Of a stretch of DNA of 24,055 nt, positions 1-8,776 are shown piece after piece. A program made the position numbers and the translations under genes. How positions within the stretch are numbered: the stretch's first letter is position 1; each line of letters begins with the position of its first letter. Below the pieces are notes generated by a model. That model ran no database searches. It was not told the origin of the DNA and saw nothing but the letters and a program-made list of their open reading frames with translations. This stretch comes from a virus (taxonomy: Duplodnaviria; Caudoviricetes). The stretch spans positions 1-24,055 of the IMG/VR virus record IMGVR_UViG_3300034375_010355. One strand, given 5' to 3'.

Positions 1-198
1 ATCTCTAAGTAATGAGTTTTCTTCTTTCATTTTTGAAAGCGTCTCATTAGCCTGCTTCCAATTATGATCTTGTGCGGATTCATAAGACCCATTCTCAGCG
101 GCGACCTGAGTATTTTCGCCCGACATTTCGCCACCGTCGACATGGCTGCTTTCGACCGTTTGTTCTGCCATTTCTGGCTGTAATTCTTCTTCTTGCAT
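1..198 (-). CDS. N-terminus of probable capsid scaffolding protein (runs off left edge; not in ORF track)
   Basis: ATG at 198 preceded by AGGGG; reads MQEEELQPEMAEQTVESSHVDGGEMSGENTQVAAENG...NWKQANETLSKMKEENSLLRD with no stop to base 1. An acidic disordered N-terminus then coiled coil, downstream of the portal, is typical of scaffold proteins. Confidence 0.6.
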   Translation of the reverse strand, partial: MQEEELQPEMAEQTVESSHVDGGEMSGENTQVAAENGSYESAQDHNWKQANETLSKMKEENSLLRD

Positions 199-219
199 TA
201 GTACCCCTAAATGCAGTTT

Positions 220-579
220 TTAAGCCTCTACGGCTTTTAATTTTCGTGTGTAGTCTAATTCGCCTTTACCATCTAAAGGCATATAGTTGTACATATCGGT
301 ATTCACGGTATCCGGAGGAAATACCATACTTTCTATCCTTCCCTGCTTCCAGTTCACATAAAAGTGAATGGTATTAGAGATTGGCTGTGGCTTTACATTA
401 GTAGCTGTCCAGCCATTGCGGATAACATTGGCTAAATACATGTCCGGCTTTTGCTGGAAGATTAACCAAAATTCATCCCATCCCTGATCTTTTCTAACTT
501 CCTTAATCTTCTCATGTAGCTCATTTGCGAAGATCTCATTGCTCATCTCTTCAATGAGGTTTCCTGCTTCAAAGGTCAC
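220..579 (-). CDS. hypothetical phage protein
   Basis: 119-aa ORF; GTG start overlaps the portal stop; co-oriented with the operon. Confidence 0.7.
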   Translation of the reverse strand: MTFEAGNLIEEMSNEIFANELHEKIKEVRKDQGWDEFWLIFQQKPDMYLANVIRNGWTATNVKPQPISNTIHFYVNWKQGRIESMVFPPDTVNTDMYNYMPLDGKGELDYTRKLKAVEA

Positions 580-2695
580 TGGCTATCTCTGCCTCTTGTG
601 TAATCGGTAATTGTGGTGTTGATTGCATTAATGGTTCAGTTGCATCGTAGTTGCCGGTAATGGCAACTTGCGCCATAGATCTTTGTGACGATTCCTGCAC
701 GTCTTCTTTGTTTTGTTGCCTCTGTGCCTCTTGCATTTTAAAGACCAGATCTAAGGTCTGTGACAAGAAGCGGATATCTTGCTCTTGAAGCTCCTTACCG
801 GCTTTAATCTGCTCAAGTGTAGCTCTTGCTCTGTCTAGTTGTGACTGTGAGAGACGCTCCCTTGCCAATGCCTCATCTGCTACCATCCTTGATCGTCTCT
901 CTGCCGCTAACGATAAATCGGAAACAATTTTGGAGTTTTGCAAGGCTTTTTGCATTTCCTCGGCCTCGGCAATTTTTACCTGCTGCTCCTGCGCTTGCGC
1001 TTGGCCTTCCTCGTAGTACTTCATCAGCTTGGACTTGTCAGCAATTGGCATCTCTTCAATCAAGAACTTGTCAGGGATTGGTATTCCGGCTGCTTTTGCC
1101 TGCAAGCCTTGGACATAAGCTAAATTGCGCTGTGAATCTGTAAGGTTTGTTTCTTTGACCACACAATCGTATTTGCCAAAGTTCTCTTCGAAAAATTCCT
1201 GTGTGGGGGCTTTGCCGATGATTCTTTCTACTTTTGTGGCATCCCAGTTCTTTTGCATGAGATTAATAATCTTTTGACCAAGGATCTTCTGTGATAAGTC
1301 TAGATTGTCAAAAAACTCACTAAGAGAAGTTGTTCCGCTTGCCTGACGCATCTTTATCGCTGTGCCGGATATTTGACCGCCTGCGTCTACAAGGCCGAGG
1401 TTTTCATCCGTAACACCTGTAATGCCGTTTATGTCCTGGTCTATCATCTGTGTATAGGCAAAAGTACCCTGCGGAATATCGCTAGGCACAATAGGCTGCA
1501 AGTCTTGCATCTGTGACTCTTTGCTCATCACAATTTGAACGCCTTGTCCGGTCTTGTATAAATCTTTGTTATTGACTACTGAGCCTTGCTTGTAAATCCA
1601 GCCGGTAGAAGCCTTGCTGTTAATCATATCAAGGATTTTAGAACGCTGACGGTTAAGATCTGTCTGCGGATCTCGCATACAGCGAACCACACCTTGAAGC
1701 TTATATGAGTAATCATCAAGTTCAGGTTCGTAGTAACCTACTACCGGAACAAAAGGATAGTCTTCACAGCCGGATGGCTGCTTGCCCGAATAGAGCAGAT
1801 TGCCTTCAACGATGATATTAAGATCTACTTCACTTACTGAAATATCCTTGACCATGACAAATTCACCAAAGCGCATGACCAATGGCTGACCTGTAGGCAT
1901 CATCACTTGGGCATTGTCATTTAAAAACGCATCGAGAGCTTTTTTGCTGCCTCTAAAGATTTTAGTTTCGCCTGAAAGCTTGTTTATTAAGAGCTTGGCC
2001 GGCCTTGTGACTTGCTTGTAATACTCGTCATAAGATAGCAAATTACCAACAGCTTTGTTTGAATAAGTCATATATTCGTACTTGCCGTCATTGCTGGCAC
2101 TTTCTATTTTCATTACAGCCTTGCGCTCATCGGGTAGCAAAGCTCCAATTTGCTCTTTTGATAAAAAGCGTCTACGCATGATAAATCGGCAGTCTCTTAA
2201 ATCGGCTGCGCCATTCCAGTATGGATCTATAAGAAAGGAGTTGTACGGCTCTCTTGATATGCAAATATCGCCATACTCATGGTCTTTACGGTAGTCTACC
2301 CAAGTTTCAAGCAAATTGAGACCTGTGATAACAGCACCCTTAAAAGCATTGGAAATTGTATGGTAGCCGTTTTGCGACTGCATATTCCATGTTAGAAGAT
2401 CGGAAAAAATATCTGCGGTCTCTGTATCAGACCCCTCTTGTGGCTCGCAAGCTATCCCCAGCCTGTTACGCCTCTGAAAACCACAGATATTATTTACGAC
2501 TCGCAGAATCTTGTTATAAACAAGCGCAGTCCTTCCCTGCCGTTGAAGATAGTTTTTTTCTTCTTCGGAATATTGACTGCCTGTGTAGAAAAGCAAATCT
2601 TTATTTGCTTGTTCGAGGTATTCCCACCATAGCGAGGACGCTTGACGGTATGCCTCTTCCCACTCACTGACAATGTTTTTATCAGTGTCTTTCAT
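569..2695 (-). CDS. portal protein (P22-like)
   Basis: 708 aa downstream of TerL. Motifs FYTGSQY, ALVYNKI..VNNICG, DPYW....DLRDCRF, YPFVPVVGY, GVVRCMRDPQ..LN, SGTAIKMRQ and a Q-rich coiled-coil C-terminus are typical of P22-type portals. Confidence 0.9.
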   Translation of the reverse strand: MKDTDKNIVSEWEEAYRQASSLWWEYLEQANKDLLFYTGSQYSEEEKNYLQRQGRTALVYNKILRVVNNICGFQRRNRLGIACEPQEGSDTETADIFSDLLTWNMQSQNGYHTISNAFKGAVITGLNLLETWVDYRKDHEYGDICISREPYNSFLIDPYWNGAADLRDCRFIMRRRFLSKEQIGALLPDERKAVMKIESASNDGKYEYMTYSNKAVGNLLSYDEYYKQVTRPAKLLINKLSGETKIFRGSKKALDAFLNDNAQVMMPTGQPLVMRFGEFVMVKDISVSEVDLNIIVEGNLLYSGKQPSGCEDYPFVPVVGYYEPELDDYSYKLQGVVRCMRDPQTDLNRQRSKILDMINSKASTGWIYKQGSVVNNKDLYKTGQGVQIVMSKESQMQDLQPIVPSDIPQGTFAYTQMIDQDINGITGVTDENLGLVDAGGQISGTAIKMRQASGTTSLSEFFDNLDLSQKILGQKIINLMQKNWDATKVERIIGKAPTQEFFEENFGKYDCVVKETNLTDSQRNLAYVQGLQAKAAGIPIPDKFLIEEMPIADKSKLMKYYEEGQAQAQEQQVKIAEAEEMQKALQNSKIVSDLSLAAERRSRMVADEALARERLSQSQLDRARATLEQIKAGKELQEQDIRFLSQTLDLVFKMQEAQRQQNKEDVQESSQRSMAQVAITGNYDATEPLMQSTPQLPITQEAEIASDL

Positions 2696-2839
2696 AAAGT
2701 GTACCCTAAGAGAATGTTGCGCTAATCACCTAAAGGCTTCTTCAAATATATACTTTACTATGCAATTTCCTGTAATATTTTTTTTAAATTAAACTCTCTT
2801 TCGATCGACTACACTTGACAAAGTCACGAGCATTAACCA

Positions 2840-2868
2840 TTGCTTTTTAGGTGGATAGGTGCTAGAAT
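2840..2868 (+). promoter_or_regulatory. sigma70-like promoter for 2893 ORF
   Basis: TTGCTT-17 bp-TAGAAT with extended -10 TG; GGAGGA RBS at 2881. Confidence 0.55.
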
Positions 2869-2892
2869 CTTGGAGAATTTGGAGGATAAACC

Positions 2893-3156
2893 ATGCCGTA
2901 CGAATACCTTTACGAACTAGTCCAGCAAGTAAACCCTGCTGAATTATTCATCATCGGGATGATAGCCGGATGGAGTCATAATTCTTTAAAAAACGAGATA
3001 AAAAGCGTTAAAACAGAGCTTAAAGCCGATTTTAACAGAGAAACCAACTTTCTTAGAGGTGATATTGCCGAGCTTAGAAAGGAGCAAATACGCACCGGAG
3101 AAAGAGTAGCAAGGCTTGAAGGGCATTGCCATTTTAAAGAAGAGTTAGAGAGTTAA
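2893..3156 (+). CDS. small coiled-coil protein with hydrophobic N-terminal segment (moron-like)
   Basis: Strong RBS and own promoter; hydrophobic LFIIGMIAGW followed by heptad-like helix ending RVARLEG; opposite strand to neighbours. Confidence 0.75.
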   Translation: MPYEYLYELVQQVNPAELFIIGMIAGWSHNSLKNEIKSVKTELKADFNRETNFLRGDIAELRKEQIRTGERVARLEGHCHFKEELES

Positions 3157-3196
3157 AACATGGAAGAATTCAAAATCTTTTAATGAGCAGCTAAAG

Positions 3197-3490
3197 TTAC
3201 CTTTCCATATCATGCTTTAGGTCTATTACATCAAAATATCTCCATGCCTTTATCCTCTTATTTTTGATTGGCTTTCTTGCATCCCATTCTGAGCCTGTCC
3301 ACCATGCAGGCTGTGTGCTGTCGTCTTCGTAAAGGATTTCTAAAAGCTCAAAAGGAACTGGATTTTTACGGTTTTTACGATCTAAAACTTTGCCTCTGTT
3401 CTTTCGATAAATCGGAACCGGTCGATTGCTGTTTGTCTCTATCCAAGGATATTTTTCAAAATTGCGCTTGTATTTCGACTTCCCACCCAT
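3197..3490 (-). CDS. hypothetical basic phage protein
   Basis: 97-aa ORF starting 2 nt after the TerL stop; AWWTGSEWD motif. Confidence 0.7.
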   Translation of the reverse strand: MGGKSKYKRNFEKYPWIETNSNRPVPIYRKNRGKVLDRKNRKNPVPFELLEILYEDDSTQPAWWTGSEWDARKPIKNKRIKAWRYFDVIDLKHDMER

Positions 3491-3492
3491 CC

Positions 3493-5034
3493 TTAAAAAT
3501 ATCCTGTTGTGTGATTTGCGTTCATTTGGTAAATTTCTTCTGCGCTGACGCTAGTTTCTCCTTCGGAGAACATAGTGTACCCTAGGAGAAGGGTTTCCAT
3601 CGCTTTTGTCCCATGAGAAGCCCAATTATGAAAGGGTTTGTCTGCATAAGTACCCCTCTTGTGGTCAAACTCTCTTTTATAGTTATCAAGAGCTTTGATT
3701 CCCTTTTCCGTTTTCTCTTCGTCAAACCATATCATAGGGATTGACTTTCGAATTAACTCTATGCCATCGGCCTGGCAAGCAATAGCTTTTGTAACGGTAC
3801 ATTGCAACCCATGCTCTTTTTCAAGAATCTCCTGCCTCGTAAACTTGTCTCGTCTCTCAAAACTTCTTCTGGCTGCATCGTGTGGCAAAAAATGCCTGTC
3901 GTAATAATAACCACGGTCATACGCATAGGATTTAATAATATTGGCATAGTGATATAGGCTCTCGTCATTGTTCTCGTAGTAGTCGATCATCCGCAAAAAG
4001 ATCCCATGCTTTTGAGCAAACCATATCGCTGTAGCATCTGACAGCCCCAAGTCCCAGCCTGTACAAACCGGTAGGCTCTCGTCATAGGGAACTATTGTTA
4101 TTTGCCCTCTAGCCCTGACTTTTCCCAAGATTGTGCTAAAATATCGACCCTCCTTCGTGCTTTTAAACGCCTCTTCGGGATAGGAAGGGAACTCCGCAAA
4201 AGTATCGTCACCGTTTTGCTCCCACTTCTTGACGTACCAGTTCTTTTGCTGCTGGCTTAGCGTGATTAGCTGCTTGTATTGCAGATCTTCAAAGTACTTT
4301 TGCAGGTCTTGCGGAATGTAAACTTTTTCATCTAAAAAATATGACGGCTCTTTCCACCAAGGAAAGAAAAAGAACTTGTAATCCATAGAGCTAAGGACGG
4401 CTTTTTGCTGCTCAAGCTTCTTTGCCATCTCGCAATACTCAAAAAACTTGCCCTCGTCACCCTTGGCCGTACTCTCTATAAAAACCGTTGAACCCTCGTG
4501 CAGAGTGTTTAAACAGCCTGTTACAATCTCCCTTGCCCTTTCGGGAAAGTGTGTGCTGATATATCCGAACTCCGAGATATGCAGACCTTGAAGAGTGCTA
4601 GAACGCACCGATGTAGCCACACGAATGGAAGAGCCGTTATTCCAAGCAAGCTTGTTAGCGGTCTTGCTCGTTTCCTTGAACGCCGACTTAAGATCGGGTC
4701 TGAGATTGTCCCATGCAAACCGTATCTTTTTCTCAAAGATCTCCTGTACGTCTGCCTTAGTTTGTGCAATGATTGCGCATTGCGTATTTGATCTGAAAAG
4801 TGCTTCATCTAATAACCATATGTCTATGAGTGTGGAAAATCCTAGCTGCCGAGCTTTGAGAATAACGTTTTTTTTATGTACCTTGTCAAAAAAATCTTCC
4901 TGAGCCTTTCGCATCTTGAAAGTAACAACCTGCCCATTTTCGTTTTGAATCCTGTACAGATTGTTCATTCTCCATTTTTTATCTTTGCATAGCTCAATCA
5001 ATTTCTTCTTGCTGATCTCTTCCAGAATCTCCAT
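3493..5034 (-). CDS. terL: terminase large subunit
   Basis: Walker A region ILKARQLGFST, Walker B LHISE, coupling motif ESTAKG, RNase H-like nuclease motifs GWDLG..D, FLPHDA and HNWASHG. Confidence 0.95.
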   Translation of the reverse strand: MEILEEISKKKLIELCKDKKWRMNNLYRIQNENGQVVTFKMRKAQEDFFDKVHKKNVILKARQLGFSTLIDIWLLDEALFRSNTQCAIIAQTKADVQEIFEKKIRFAWDNLRPDLKSAFKETSKTANKLAWNNGSSIRVATSVRSSTLQGLHISEFGYISTHFPERAREIVTGCLNTLHEGSTVFIESTAKGDEGKFFEYCEMAKKLEQQKAVLSSMDYKFFFFPWWKEPSYFLDEKVYIPQDLQKYFEDLQYKQLITLSQQQKNWYVKKWEQNGDDTFAEFPSYPEEAFKSTKEGRYFSTILGKVRARGQITIVPYDESLPVCTGWDLGLSDATAIWFAQKHGIFLRMIDYYENNDESLYHYANIIKSYAYDRGYYYDRHFLPHDAARRSFERRDKFTRQEILEKEHGLQCTVTKAIACQADGIELIRKSIPMIWFDEEKTEKGIKALDNYKREFDHKRGTYADKPFHNWASHGTKAMETLLLGYTMFSEGETSVSAEEIYQMNANHTTGYF

Positions 5035-5641
5035 TTTCTATGACCTCAACTTCTGCCTCTTCGATCTCTACAGTATTTCTTTGTGTGTCGACTTCCTTTA
5101 AAATCTGAGTCCATACCCCATCGCCTGAATGATGAACTTCCTTGGGCTTTTCTTCGTAGCCGATATGGTGACCGAGCTTGTCTAAAATATCTTTCAATAG
5201 TGCAATTGAAGGGATTTCGCCTTGCTCTTTGAGCTTCTTAGCTGGTGTTAGAGCTAGGTATTTAGCCCTTTCTAATGCTGCGTTGGCGATCTTGACTTTG
5301 ATTGTATTAGGCATTTTTTCAAGCTTGTAATAGAAAACATGCTTATAAAAATAAGTATAGCTTAAACCCGAAAGGTCTGCTGCCCGGCCTATGTTGCCCG
5401 AAGTCTCTTCCAGATAGTCCAGCACTTGCTTCTTTGATAGCTTGACTCTTAGCCCACAGTCTTTTATTCCATGCCGTCCAAGCATTAGCTGCCATGTTTT
5501 GATTGACACGCCAGCAAGTAATGCTGCTTTAGTCTCATCGCCCTTGGCTTTCTTCATGAGCTCTTTGACTTGGCTCTTTGTAAAATCGCAAGCCTTGAGG
5601 TCTTTGTATCGCTCTAATGCTTTGATCTCTTCGTCTATCAT
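4994..5641 (-). CDS. putative terminase small subunit / HTH DNA-binding protein
   Basis: Overlaps TerL start; two Fis-like HTH segments (GDETKAALLAGVS, GNIGRAADLSGLSY); GYEEK..VHHSG C-terminus resembles TerS proteins. Confidence 0.6.
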   Translation of the reverse strand: MIDEEIKALERYKDLKACDFTKSQVKELMKKAKGDETKAALLAGVSIKTWQLMLGRHGIKDCGLRVKLSKKQVLDYLEETSGNIGRAADLSGLSYTYFYKHVFYYKLEKMPNTIKVKIANAALERAKYLALTPAKKLKEQGEIPSIALLKDILDKLGHHIGYEEKPKEVHHSGDGVWTQILKEVDTQRNTVEIEEAEVEVIENGDSGRDQQEEID

Positions 5642-6183
5642 TTCATTTTAGCCCCTGCAAAGCCTTTTAAAACTTTGCTGATCTGCTTTTTCAATGAAGC
5701 TGCGCTATCTGTGTCTACTTCAATCTTGATTGTCTCGGTCGGGTCAATTTCGGGTTCTACATTATCAATAATCGGGTCATAGCCTCCCAAGTCTTTAGGA
5801 TCAAAGCCACAGTCAAGCACAAGCTCAGGATCAAAACAGTTTGCGATTATGTCATAGTCCCACTCTGCCGTTAGCTTGTTATCAAGTAAATTGATTCTTA
5901 AAAACTCTTCATCTGTTATCGGCCTTGAAGGGTACTTGACCAAGACTTTTGATACCTTGAACTCTTGCAAAGCTCGTTTGCGCTGGTGACCGCCTATAAG
6001 CCTTGAGTCTTGATCTACTATGAAGATTCCAAAATCTCCATTCTCTTCTAAGCTCTTGACTAGCGAATTGTAAAAATGATCGTCCGCTACCCTCGGATTA
6101 TTTTCAAAAGGTATCAGGCTTTCAACGTCCCTTAGCTCAAACTTCCACTCAATCCCAAGTTCTTTTTTCAATTTTGCTCCCAC
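5638..6183 (-). CDS. ParB/Srx N-terminal domain protein
   Basis: LIPFENNPR, SLEENG, IVD...LIGGHQR..A, NLLDNKL..EWD: ParB-N family commonly found upstream of phage terminases. Confidence 0.85.
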   Translation of the reverse strand: MGAKLKKELGIEWKFELRDVESLIPFENNPRVADDHFYNSLVKSLEENGDFGIFIVDQDSRLIGGHQRKRALQEFKVSKVLVKYPSRPITDEEFLRINLLDNKLTAEWDYDIIANCFDPELVLDCGFDPKDLGGYDPIIDNVEPEIDPTETIKIEVDTDSAASLKKQISKVLKGFAGAKMK

Positions 6184-6715
6184 TCTTTTTTTTGCGCCCG
6201 CATTGCTTCCGCACTTCTTTAGATGTCTTTAATCGCTTAAACTGACCGTTTTTTGGCCTTCCAGGCTTGTTTTTTAGAATAGGCTCTCTAATAGGCTCTT
6301 TCTTTAGTGCAGGCTCTTTCTTTTGCAATTGCTCAAGCTTGTTTGTATACGCTTCTGCTGTCCTATCACCAGCTTTTGCTATCTCAGGCCGTTTACTCTC
6401 TTCCTCTGTCTTCTGTCGCTCTTCTATCTCTTCTTGCGTCAAATCCCAGAATTGAACACTCATATTTTCCCAATGCTCAGCTACCCACAAGATCGGATCT
6501 GCTTTCTTTTCAACGTCATGTTTTGTAGCGTTTTGAATGAGTCGCAAAGCTTTGTAAAACTCTTGCGGATTATTGCAGCGCAAGCCTATAGTACTTAAGC
6601 CATAAACCACGCCCAAAGCGTGATATTTATCTTCAAAGGCCTCAATGAGCTTTTCAATAATCGCCTTAGCGTCATCAATATTTTTAATTTTTCGCATTTC
6701 CGCAAAGTCGAGCAT
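6149..6715 (-). CDS. hypothetical protein
   Basis: 188-aa ORF overlapping the next gene; basic C-terminus with KPGRPK. Confidence 0.65.
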   Translation of the reverse strand: MLDFAEMRKIKNIDDAKAIIEKLIEAFEDKYHALGVVYGLSTIGLRCNNPQEFYKALRLIQNATKHDVEKKADPILWVAEHWENMSVQFWDLTQEEIEERQKTEEESKRPEIAKAGDRTAEAYTNKLEQLQKKEPALKKEPIREPILKNKPGRPKNGQFKRLKTSKEVRKQCGRKKKSGSKIEKRTWD

Positions 6716-6716
6716 G

Positions 6717-6908
6717 TTAACCCATTATTTGAATTGTTTTTTGATCGTCTGGCAAAATAATCTTTATAGCTTGTGGCGGCTCTTTGCCATGCTTAGAAAA
6801 TATTTGAAGAAGAGGAGTTTCGTTTGTGTTGCAATCTGTAAAAGGCAAGAAATATTTTTCATTGATAGATTCTTTGCTATAAAACATTATTTCAACCAGC
6901 CTCTGCAA
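6717..6908 (-). CDS. small hypothetical protein (more likely ATG start at 6887)
   Basis: Stop lies 1 nt before the 6715 start; co-oriented; otherwise unsupported. Confidence 0.4.
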   Translation of the reverse strand: MQRLVEIMFYSKESINEKYFLPFTDCNTNETPLLQIFSKHGKEPPQAIKIILPDDQKTIQIMG

Positions 6909-7013
6909 AATTTTAATTTCAAACTAAAACACTATAGGAATAATTTCGAAGTAACATAATGCAAATTATCAGATCCAAAAATTATTTGAATTTATTTCCA
7001 AATGTAAAGTATT

Positions 7014-7232
7014 TCAAAAAGATTTTAAGTAATTAATTTCTTCTTGAATCTCTTCAATTTCTTCCTTGATAGATTCAATCCATGTCATCAATTCAAATAA
7101 TTGTTCTAGCTTTTCGCTTGAACCCTCAAAACTGCTAGCTAATTTTTTAATGTCAGATCTTGCCGTTTGTGACCCTTCAATTATTTCTTTTAAGTCTATG
7201 CTCAAGCTCTCAAAGAAAACCTTGTCATTCAA
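7014..7232 (-). CDS. hypothetical acidic coiled-coil protein
   Basis: Overlaps upstream ORF stop; heptad-rich. Confidence 0.65.
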   Translation of the reverse strand: MNDKVFFESLSIDLKEIIEGSQTARSDIKKLASSFEGSSEKLEQLFELMTWIESIKEEIEEIQEEINYLKSF

Positions 7233-7437
7233 CTTCTTTCTCTTTCACGACAAGCCCGACAAGTTCCGCAGTATCAAGTAAAATTGTTTCTTTGTCCGAT
7301 AGCTCTAACTGTAAGTTCCCAACTTTTGGGACATGATATAAACTTAAAATTTCTTCTTTCGTGTGCTTGTCAGTTGTGACTTGTAAAGATCCACCATTTT
7401 TTAAGAATAAATTTACTTCTAGCATTAGCCTTTCCAT
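7225..7437 (-). CDS. hypothetical protein
   Basis: Tightly overlapping both neighbours in the operon. Confidence 0.65.
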   Translation of the reverse strand: MERLMLEVNLFLKNGGSLQVTTDKHTKEEILSLYHVPKVGNLQLELSDKETILLDTAELVGLVVKEKEVE

Positions 7438-7745
7438 ATTATTAGTTTTATTGGGTACATTTCTTCTAAGATCTTTTTTTTAATCTTAAAAACTTCTGTC
7501 TCTATGCCCTTTGCGTCAATGAATTCAACTTCACCATTGCTGTAAAACACTTGAAAGTCGCAGCGATACTTCACACCCCCCGGCAGATCAAACGGCACTT
7601 GTCGCAAGTAAAATAAAACCTCGCCTTCACGCTTCATAAAGTCTAGCTTGGTCGCAAGCTTTGCTTCGAGCTTAGAGTCATAGCGAATAAAGTTTTTAGT
7701 AACAGCCTTGGCATTAAACTTATGTCGTAGTTTTTTCATTGTCAA
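7425..7745 (-). CDS. DUF1064-family putative PD-(D/E)XK endonuclease
   Basis: HKFNAK, YDSKLEA, LRQVPFDL, YRCDF, IDAKG..T..FKIKKK match the DUF1064 pattern. Confidence 0.85.
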   Translation of the reverse strand: MTMKKLRHKFNAKAVTKNFIRYDSKLEAKLATKLDFMKREGEVLFYLRQVPFDLPGGVKYRCDFQVFYSNGEVEFIDAKGIETEVFKIKKKILEEMYPIKLIIWKG

Positions 7746-8101
7746 AATGGCAGATCATCAAAAAGAGGGCTGTCGCTTAAAGTAGCTTGCGATTCTGGCT
7801 TTGACTCTGGCGCAGGCTCTGGAGTCTTCTTAAATTCTTCTTTAACAAGCTGCATTGCTTTTTCTTGGAAAGAGTCTCTAAACTTTTTTCCGAACCAAAA
7901 GTAATTTTTATATTCTCTTTCGCCTGTCTGTTTATTCTCGACTCTCTCGGACGGAAAAGACACAAAAGAAGCACCCGATTTTGTCTGTACTACAGTGCAT
8001 TTACTCAAGTACAAGTCTATGCTTTCGATATGAAAGCCTACAAAAGCCTTTATATTGCTTTCTTTATCGGAATTTCTTTTGAAGTAAGTTATTTTTAGCA
8101 C
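7742..8101 (-). CDS. SpoVG-like nucleic-acid-binding protein / putative SSB
   Basis: IKAFV, VVQTKSG.SFVSFPS...YKNY resemble the SpoVG fold; acidic DDLPF C-terminus as in SSBs. Confidence 0.7.
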   Translation of the reverse strand: MLKITYFKRNSDKESNIKAFVGFHIESIDLYLSKCTVVQTKSGASFVSFPSERVENKQTGEREYKNYFWFGKKFRDSFQEKAMQLVKEEFKKTPEPAPESKPESQATLSDSPLFDDLPF

Positions 8102-8385
8102 AAGACAGACCCGTAAATTAGAATAAAGAACACAGAAGCGGAAAAGAAGCCCAAGAGAAGCATGACGCCAATTTCAAACAGTTTGTTCTCTTTTTGCTCT
8201 CTTTTTTTGTTTATTACACTTTTTAAAAGATCCTGATGTGAGACGTATAAAAGTTCAAAGTCCTTTTTTATTTCTTGAAATTCTGCTTCCAGAAACTCAA
8301 TTCGCTCTGTTTTCGTGAGCTTTGGTATATTTTCTTCAGGGCAAGCGATTTCTTCACTTTCAAAAAGCTTATTTTTGACTTCCAT
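8095..8385 (-). CDS. coiled-coil protein with C-terminal transmembrane helix
   Basis: AAGGA RBS; C-terminal IGVMLLLGFFSASVFFILIYG. Confidence 0.7.
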   Translation of the reverse strand: MEVKNKLFESEEIACPEENIPKLTKTERIEFLEAEFQEIKKDFELLYVSHQDLLKSVINKKREQKENKLFEIGVMLLLGFFSASVFFILIYGSVLC

Positions 8386-8459
8386 TTTAAAAACTTTCCT
8401 TTAAGTTTTTCGTAAGGTACAAGTTAGCGATCTTTTTTTTGAATGTAAAGTTTTTTTAC

Positions 8460-8486
8460 AAAAAAAAACCCTCCAATCAAGGAGGG
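8460..8486 (-). terminator. intrinsic terminator-like hairpin
   Basis: Minus strand CCCTCC-ttgatt-GGAGGG followed by a T9 tract. Confidence 0.6.
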
Positions 8487-8575
8487 CAAACAATCAAAAT
8501 TATGGATGATTTTTATACTTTGTAGGGGTCTTGCAAGAACGCAGTTTTCACTTTTTTTTGATATATTTGTAGACA

Positions 8576-8604
8576 ACAATAACATTGCGTTAAATTCAAT
8601 GCAA
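8576..8604 (-). promoter_or_regulatory. leftward promoter overlapping operator-like repeat copy 1
   Basis: Minus strand TTGCAT-17-TATTGT with extended TG; contains ATTGCGTTAAATTCAATGC (8584-8602). Confidence 0.45.
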
Positions 8605-8712
8605 GAACTTTCAACAAAGAACAATTAAAGTATTTCTTATTGTAAACTACACTTTATTATATCTAGCTAGAATTACTAAAAGAAAAAGAAATGAATTAAA
8701 ATAATTAGTCTT

Positions 8713-8742
8713 ATTGCGTTAAACTCAATGCTTTGCTAAGCT
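8713..8742 (+). promoter_or_regulatory. ardA promoter overlapping operator-like repeat copy 2
   Basis: TTGCGT-17-TAAGCT with extended TG; ATTGCGTTAAACTCAATGC (8713-8731) is 18/19 identical to 8584-8602. Confidence 0.55.
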
Positions 8743-8776
8743 ATCGGCATAGTAACAAACAAAACAAAAAACAAAG

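Noticed and set aside
72-4903. Plus-strand ORFs overlapping scaffold, portal and terL (e.g. 72-377, 826-1143, 2356-2670, 3268-3585, 4595-4903)
   Set aside because: Antisense shadows of well-supported genes, with no recognisable motifs.
7516-7545. Partial gapped self-match of tract 2 to the DUF1064 gene (GG, GT, GA, TT, AT in NGEVEFI codons)
   Set aside because: Only 5 of 14 dinucleotides match fully; expected by chance in 24 kb. My self-target search was by eye and not exhaustive.
8424-8624. 66-aa minus-strand ORF in the divergent intergenic region
   Set aside because: TTG start without RBS; runs through promoter, operator and terminator elements.
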